DNA of 32,000 nt. Source: Mycolicibacterium smegmatis. Its GTDB lineage: Bacteria; Actinomycetota; Actinomycetes; Mycobacteriales; Mycobacteriaceae. Numbering within the stretch: position 1 is the stretch's first letter; every line of letters starts with the position of its first letter. Under the pieces are notes generated by a model. It did no database searches, had not been told where the DNA came from, and saw only the letters and a list, made by a program, of their open reading frames with translations. Location of the stretch: assembly GCF_001457595.1 (NCBI RefSeq), contig NZ_LN831039.1, positions 3,600,001 through 3,632,000 on the forward strand, in the 5' to 3' direction. The translations under genes were made by a program, and so were the position numbers. Shown here piece after piece: positions 26,994 through 32,000 of this stretch.

Positions 26994-27596
26994 ATGTTTG
27001 CTCTCGCTACATTGATGGCGCTCGTCCAACAGGTATCGGGCACGCCATACGTCTCCGGCGGTGACTCGCCGTCCGGCACCGACTGCTCGGGTCTGGCCTC
27101 GTGGGTCAGCAACGTGGCCACCGGCCGCCCGGCATTCGGAGACCGCTTCCACACCGGCAACCAGGAGCAGGCGCTCCTGGCGCGCGGATTCAAGTACGGG
27201 ACCCAGCCCGGAGCTCTGGTGATCGGCTGGAACAGCGGCCATACCGCGGTCACCCTGCCCGACGGCACACCGGTGTCGTCAGGTGAGGGCGGCGGCGTGA
27301 AGATCGGTGGCGGCGGCGCCTACCAGCCGCAGTTCAACCACCACATGTATCTGCCCGCTGAAGAGGTCCAACCCGATGCCGGGCTGCCGGTCGGTGCTCC
27401 GCCGCCACCCGAGGCGTCGCTACCCCCGCTGCCGCCACCACCGGCCGATCCGATGGCCCCGGCTCCACCGATGGCCGGACCGCCGCCCGTCGACCCGTTC
27501 GCCCCGCCGCCACCACCCGAGCCGGCCGTTGTTCCGGTCGTGCTCGACGTGCCGGCCCCGCCGGCCCCCGAAGCCCCGCCCGCCCTCGGGGTCTGA
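26994..27596 (+). CDS. NlpC/P60 (C40) family peptidase with a Pro-rich C-terminal tail and no recognisable signal peptide
   Basis: ATG at 26994, with an in-frame TAA 24 nt upstream. The domain begins at residue 1: ALVQQVSGTPYVSGGDSPSGTDCSGLASWV (catalytic Cys kept), then GWNSGHTAVTLPDG (His kept). The C-terminal ~80 aa are proline-rich (PPPPEASLPPLPPPPADPMAPAPP...). Confidence 0.7.
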   Translation: MFALATLMALVQQVSGTPYVSGGDSPSGTDCSGLASWVSNVATGRPAFGDRFHTGNQEQALLARGFKYGTQPGALVIGWNSGHTAVTLPDGTPVSSGEGGGVKIGGGGAYQPQFNHHMYLPAEEVQPDAGLPVGAPPPPEASLPPLPPPPADPMAPAPPMAGPPPVDPFAPPPPPEPAVVPVVLDVPAPPAPEAPPALGV

Positions 27597-27647
27597 TCGA
27601 TCGCACTGGTGCGCAGAACGCACGATCACATCCGATAACGTCTCGGT

Positions 27648-28394
27648 GTGATCGTGCTCCTGCCTCCATCGGAGACCAAGCGCACCGGCGGGGACGGCCC
27701 GCCGCTGCGCCTGGACAACTTGACCCAGCCGGCGCTGACACCACTGCGTACCGAACTGGTCGACGAACTCGTGGCCCTGGCCGCGGATCCGCCCGCCTGC
27801 CGTAAGGCGTTGGGCCTGACGCCCAAGCAGGACGCCGAGATCACGCGTAACGCCGAACTCCGCGAGGCTCCGACGCTTCCCGCGATCGAGCGCTACACCG
27901 GCGTGCTCTACGACGCGCTCGACGTCGGATCCTTGCGCGGCACGTCAGCCGGGCGGGCCCGTGAGCGGTTGGCGGTCGGTTCGGCGCTGTTCGGGCTCGT
28001 GCGCGCAGACGACCGGATACCGGCCTACCGGCTGTCCGCCTCGGCGAAACTGCCCGGCCGCCGTGGGCTGAGCACCCGCTGGCGGCCGGTCCTCGAGCCG
28101 GTGCTGGAGAAACTGGCCGCCGAGCAACTCATCGTCGACCTGCGGTCGGGTGCATACGCCGCGCTCGGCCGGATCCCCGGCGCGGTGCGGGTGCAGGTGC
28201 TCGCCGAACATCCCGACGGCCGGCGCACCGTGGTCAGCCACTTCAACAAGGCGCACAAGGGCCGGTTGGCACGTGCCCTCGTCGAGACCCGCGCCGAACC
28301 CAAGGACTGCGGTGCCGTCGCAGCCGTTGCCGAACGTGCCGGGATGCGGGTCGAACATGACGGCGATGACCTGACCGTCGTGGTGCCGGCCTGA
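27648..28394 (+). CDS. yaaA: peroxide stress protein YaaA (DUF328)
   Basis: GTG at 27648; 248 aa. The protein starts MIVLLPPSETK and contains ERYTGVLYDALD, IPAYRLS, VDLRSGAY and VVSHFNKAHKGRLARAL, which are typical YaaA blocks. Confidence 0.85.
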   Translation: MIVLLPPSETKRTGGDGPPLRLDNLTQPALTPLRTELVDELVALAADPPACRKALGLTPKQDAEITRNAELREAPTLPAIERYTGVLYDALDVGSLRGTSAGRARERLAVGSALFGLVRADDRIPAYRLSASAKLPGRRGLSTRWRPVLEPVLEKLAAEQLIVDLRSGAYAALGRIPGAVRVQVLAEHPDGRRTVVSHFNKAHKGRLARALVETRAEPKDCGAVAAVAERAGMRVEHDGDDLTVVVPA

Positions 28395-28517
28395 CGCGAC
28401 GCAAGCTCAGTGTGGTTGTTGCACGAAGAGCGCCAGTAGACGGGCTAGACCGATGTCGATGTCGCCGATGCCGTGCGCTGCGTCGGGGGTGTGCGTTGGA
28501 TTGTTCTGGAGTGATGA

Positions 28518-28865
28518 TCACCGCGGGGAATGATCTGGCGGCCGGCATTCGGGGTTGCCTGCTCCGTGGGTGTCGCTGTCCCTTTTCGAGCTGACGACAT
28601 CGCGCATGAGTATGGCCAGAAGTGTCAGTCCGACAAGGCCGGCGATGGCGCTGTACGGGATCGTGAAGGCACGGTGGTCGTGGTAGAGGACTGCCTGGGC
28701 TCCAACGACTGCGGACGACAACACCAGCACGATGGCACTCAACACGTGCGAACGAATCGAGACGTTGCGAGCTCTGGCCGCACGGCGCTGGTAGTCGTAG
28801 ACCGCGCCCGCGGCGATCACGATACCTACCATGACCGATCCAGCGAGCAGCGCGAGATGGCTCAT
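28518..28865 (-). CDS. small three-helix membrane protein (hypothetical)
   Basis: ATG at 28865 with GGAGGAAACG upstream; 115 aa. There are three hydrophobic segments separated by basic loops. I did not recognise a family. Confidence 0.5.
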   Translation of the reverse strand: MSHLALLAGSVMVGIVIAAGAVYDYQRRAARARNVSIRSHVLSAIVLVLSSAVVGAQAVLYHDHRAFTIPYSAIAGLVGLTLLAILMRDVVSSKRDSDTHGAGNPECRPPDHSPR

Positions 28866-29187
28866 CGTTTCCTCCCCGCTAGGACGCGCCACCGTGCGCG
28901 GCTACGTCTCCTCCGTCGGCGACGACACACGGACGGCGTACTTTTGACTCAGCAACACACCACCAAGTATGAGGCACCTCAATCGACCCTTCGTGCACCT
29001 CTTTCCGGCCACCGAAGCGCTGTGGTTGATCCCGCGTGCGGGAGGTGGATTCGACGGGTGATCCTCCTGGCGGTGGACCTGGCGACGGGGTTTGGTTTCT
29101 GGTTTGCCGTGCCGATCTCACCGTGACGTGAACGGCGGCGGGGAAGGCACAAACGATCACACTGCACTGAACACTTCGACACCGAGT

Positions 29188-29235
29188 GTGGGCCCTGTGC
29201 ACGGATTTTGGCCCGCGGGCGTGCACAGGCCCCAC
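29188..29235. repeat. 16-bp inverted repeat (one mismatch) with a 16-nt spacer in a long non-coding gap
   Basis: GTGGGCCCTGTGCACG-gattttggcccgcggg-CGTGCACAGGCCCCAC. It has a TGTGCACG/CGTGCACA core. Confidence 0.7.
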
Positions 29236-29314
29236 GGTGGTGGCAGAAAGTTGCGGGGTGGCGGGTGGGGGGCGTCGGCTCGTGCACAATATGTGACGCA
29301 TCCGTGATCTTGGT

Positions 29315-29977
29315 TTGCGAAATTCTCACGACACTGCAGGGACGGGAGCGAGCTTGGTCATCCATCCAGCGCCTACACCAATTCCGCCGCGCACGGGTGG
29401 GAGGCACCGCAAGCCACCGGAGCGCCGCTGGGTGCCCATCGGGATAGGCCTGGCCGCCACCGCGGTGATCAGCTCACTGCTCACCGCGTTCGTCGTGTTC
29501 ACGACCCTCACCACCAAGCTCTCCAAGCGTGATTCGGTGTACGCGGTGGGTGTGCGAATGCTGCCCGACGACCCGCGCTCGCCCGGGCAACGGCCGCATG
29601 CGAGCCGCGCGGCGGTCCGGATGGTCAACCCGTACGCGTTCGACCAGGCAGGTTTCGTCGATTCTGACGCCCGCTGCCGGGACACCCAGACGGCGCGCGC
29701 GATCGGGCGCACCGCGGGATCGCTGGTGGTGATCTGCCTGGACCGCAGCGGGCATTTCGAGTACCACGGGGTCCGGTTGACCGACAAGGCCACGCTGGCC
29801 GCACGCGCCGAGAAGACGCCGCAGCGGATGTTCCTGGCCCGCAACCACGGCGTCGACTACGCCGTGTCTCCCACCGAACTGCTCGTCACCTCCGGTGGCG
29901 CGGTGGTCAAGCGCGAGCCGATGGTCGAGTACCGCGAGATCCTTTCGTCGTCGCCGGTGTTGGTCGCGCCGCGCTGA
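29315..29977 (+). CDS. N-terminally membrane-anchored hypothetical protein
   Basis: The longest ORF starts at TTG 29315. A TTG at 29354 preceded by GGGAG is a plausible start. A basic stretch (RHRKPPERRW) is followed by one TM helix (VPIGIGLAATAVISSLLTAFVVFTTL) and a ~150-aa extracytoplasmic domain. I did not recognise a family. Confidence 0.55.
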   Translation: MRNSHDTAGTGASLVIHPAPTPIPPRTGGRHRKPPERRWVPIGIGLAATAVISSLLTAFVVFTTLTTKLSKRDSVYAVGVRMLPDDPRSPGQRPHASRAAVRMVNPYAFDQAGFVDSDARCRDTQTARAIGRTAGSLVVICLDRSGHFEYHGVRLTDKATLAARAEKTPQRMFLARNHGVDYAVSPTELLVTSGGAVVKREPMVEYREILSSSPVLVAPR

Positions 29978-30068
29978 GACAACAATCGGTGGTTGCCCGG
30001 CGGGCTCGGGCGGGCACCGTTAGGCTTTGCGGTCACCAGCGGTCTGACGGAGGGCTTGCACGGAGGTC

Positions 30069-30320
30069 ATGTCGGTTTTCTGGCGGTATGTCCGCATCCA
30101 GCTGATGGTGTTCGTGGTCGGCATCGTCGGACCCATCTTTCTGCTCGTTTACTTTGCTGCGCAACCAGATCCGACGATCAAGTGGATGTACTACACCGGC
30201 CTGCTGCTGACCGCCGGTGAGATACTGATCGCGCTGAATGTCACCGAGGCCATCAGCCGCCACCACCCGAGCACAGACGCCACGAAAGGTGACACGCATG
30301 AACTCCCGCTCCGCGATTGA
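30069..30320 (+). CDS. small two-helix membrane protein overlapping the amidase start (hypothetical)
   Basis: 83-aa ORF with two clear hydrophobic helices (MVFVVGIVGPIFLLVYFAA and YYTGLLLTAGEILIALNV). GGAGG lies only 2 nt before ATG 30069, so the in-frame ATG at 30105 is an alternative start. The 3' end overlaps the amidase gene by 23 nt. Confidence 0.45.
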   Translation: MSVFWRYVRIQLMVFVVGIVGPIFLLVYFAAQPDPTIKWMYYTGLLLTAGEILIALNVTEAISRHHPSTDATKGDTHELPLRD

Positions 30321-31770
30321 GCTCGCCGACGTCGACGCGATCGGCCAGGCCGAGTTGCTCGCGGCAGGCGACCTCACCGCTGCCGAACTGCTCGAGGCGG
30401 CGATTGTGCGAGTTGAGGCGACACGCCACCTCAACGCGGTGATCACGGATCTGTTCGAGCGCGGCCGCGCCCAGGCGGGCGCCCTCGACGCGTCGGGTGT
30501 GCTGCGCAAAGGTGAGGCCGGCCCGCTCGCGGGTGTGCCGTTCCTGCTCAAGGACCTCGGCGCCGCACTGGCCGGCGCACCGGAGGCCATGGGGTCGGTC
30601 GCCTTACGCGACCATGTGGCAACCGATTCGGCGTGGACGGTACAGCGGTACCTCGACGCCGGGCTTGTCGTGTTCGGCAAGACCAACACCCCGGAGTGGG
30701 GTAACCACTGCACGACCGAGCCGGTGTTGTTCGGTCCCACGGTGAATCCCTGGGGTTCGGATGTCACGCCCGGTGGCTCCAGCGGCGGGTCGGCGGCGGC
30801 CGTGGCGGCAGGTGTGGTGCCCGCCGCGTCCGGCGGGGACGGGACGGGGTCGATCCGGGTGCCCGCATCGTGTTGCGGCCTCGTGGGACTCAAGCCGCGG
30901 CGCGGCCGGTCGTCGTTCGCACCCGACGGCGGGCACGGTCTTGAGGGGCTGGTGAACAGCCACGCACTGACCCGCACCGTGCGTGACTGCGCCGCCCTGC
31001 TCGACGTCATCGCGGGCAGCGTCAGCGGTGATCCCTACGCCGCGCCCGCCGCGGAAACCCCGTTCCTGCAGTCACTCACACCCCCGCCGCCCCTTCGTGT
31101 GTTGATGTCGACCGGGTCGCCCTTCCCGAACGACGGAGTCGATCCGCAGGTCGTCGCCGCGGTGGAGGCGACCGGCCGGATCCTGGAGTCGCTGGGGCAC
31201 CACGTGACGCCGGGTCCCGGACCGGTCATCGACCCGGACGCCGTCGCCGACGCGATCGCGGTGCTGCACAACGTCAGCAACGCCCAACTGCACGCGTTCG
31301 CCGCATCGCACCTCGGCCGCGAACCACGTGAGGACGAGTTCGAGCCGAGCACCTGGGTGATGATCCGCGAAGGGTTCACGACCACGGGTGTGGCGTACGC
31401 CGAGGCCATATCCACCGTGCACGCCCAGACCCGCCGGTTCGCCGCGGGCATGTCCGGTCACGACGTGTTGCTGGTGCCCACGCTGCTCACCACGACGCCG
31501 CCGTATGCGTTGCTGAACCAGCCCCGCGGTACCACGCGCGCGTTCTTCGATGTCGAGTTCGCCACCACGGGGTGGACGTCGCTCGCGAATGTCACGGGCT
31601 GGGCGGCGATTTCGCTGCCGCTCGGGGTGAGCGGCGACGGGCTGCCGGTCGGGGTGCAGCTCATGGCGCCCGACGAGGCGGTGCTGCTGGGCCTGGCGGC
31701 CGCGATCGAGGAGGCCGCACCGTGGGCCGACCGCAAGCCGGCCGGATGGGTGAGGACCGACGGGGCGTAA
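30298..31770 (+). CDS. amidase (amidase-signature family)
   Basis: ATG at 30298 with GAAAGGTG upstream; 490 aa. The AS signature is GGSSGGSAAAVAAGVVPAASGGDGTGSIRVPASCCGLVGLKP. The listed ORF starts further upstream, at 30238. Confidence 0.88.
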   Translation: MNSRSAIELADVDAIGQAELLAAGDLTAAELLEAAIVRVEATRHLNAVITDLFERGRAQAGALDASGVLRKGEAGPLAGVPFLLKDLGAALAGAPEAMGSVALRDHVATDSAWTVQRYLDAGLVVFGKTNTPEWGNHCTTEPVLFGPTVNPWGSDVTPGGSSGGSAAAVAAGVVPAASGGDGTGSIRVPASCCGLVGLKPRRGRSSFAPDGGHGLEGLVNSHALTRTVRDCAALLDVIAGSVSGDPYAAPAAETPFLQSLTPPPPLRVLMSTGSPFPNDGVDPQVVAAVEATGRILESLGHHVTPGPGPVIDPDAVADAIAVLHNVSNAQLHAFAASHLGREPREDEFEPSTWVMIREGFTTTGVAYAEAISTVHAQTRRFAAGMSGHDVLLVPTLLTTTPPYALLNQPRGTTRAFFDVEFATTGWTSLANVTGWAAISLPLGVSGDGLPVGVQLMAPDEAVLLGLAAAIEEAAPWADRKPAGWVRTDGA

Positions 31771-31792
31771 CACCTGACCGTAGGGTCGAGAC

Positions 31793-32000
31793 ATGTCGCG
31801 CCGCACTGCAGGACTGGATGTCGCCGTCTCCCACGCCAAGGCGTTTCTCGCTCAACTCGACGACCGGCCGGTCGCGGCGCGTGGCGACGCCTCGGCCGTA
31901 CGGCAGCTGCTCGGCGCACCCCTGCCCGAAACCGGTGAGGATCCGGCAGCGGTGATCGAGGGGCTGGCCGTCGGTGCCGAACCGGGGCTGGTGGCCGGCG
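31793..32000 (+). CDS. PLP-dependent decarboxylase-like protein, 5' fragment (runs off the window)
   Basis: ATG at 31793 and the frame is open to the window end. The N-terminus MSRRTAGLDVAVSHAKAFLAQLDDRPVAARGDASAVRQLLGAPLPETGEDPAAVIEGLAVGAEPGLVAG resembles the N-terminal region of group II decarboxylases. Only 69 codons are visible. Confidence 0.5.
   Translation, partial: MSRRTAGLDVAVSHAKAFLAQLDDRPVAARGDASAVRQLLGAPLPETGEDPAAVIEGLAVGAEPGLVAG

Overview
This is a high-G+C actinobacterial chromosome segment, almost certainly from a member of the Mycobacteriaceae. The lineage call rests on an MmpS/MmpL pair, a DUF732 protein, an Rv0455c-like protein, Rip-like NlpC/P60 proteins and a SigH-like ECF sigma factor. 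There are about 40 densely packed protein-coding genes. I saw no rRNA or tRNA genes, no CRISPR array, and no transposase, integrase or phage genes. The main blocks are: (i) an SDR plus a URC-type uracil-catabolism trio (URC1-like GTP cyclohydrolase II, URC4/DUF1688, upp), translationally coupled and running into a CPBP protease. (ii) Envelope and protease genes: an M48 peptidase and a catalytically dead NlpC/P60 protein carrying an internal 27-bp repeat insertion. (iii) tenA, tpx (followed by a 26-bp tandem repeat that re-copies its stop region), an APH(6)-like kinase, menC and a MOSC protein. (iv) A tightly coupled HD-domain / catalase / SigH-like sigma / cupin operon with no ZAS anti-sigma, divergent from a GlxA/AraC regulator. 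(v) A split acyltransferase-3 + SGNH hydrolase pair. (vi) A DUF732 / Rv0455c-like / mmpS / mmpL siderophore-export-type cluster behind an AT-rich island. (vii) An ArsR-SRPBCC regulator, a Pro-rich NlpC/P60 with no signal peptide, yaaA, small membrane proteins, an amidase and the start of a PLP-dependent decarboxylase. All functional calls come from reading motifs in the supplied translations and the DNA. No database search or RNA folding program was available, so family names are recognition from memory.
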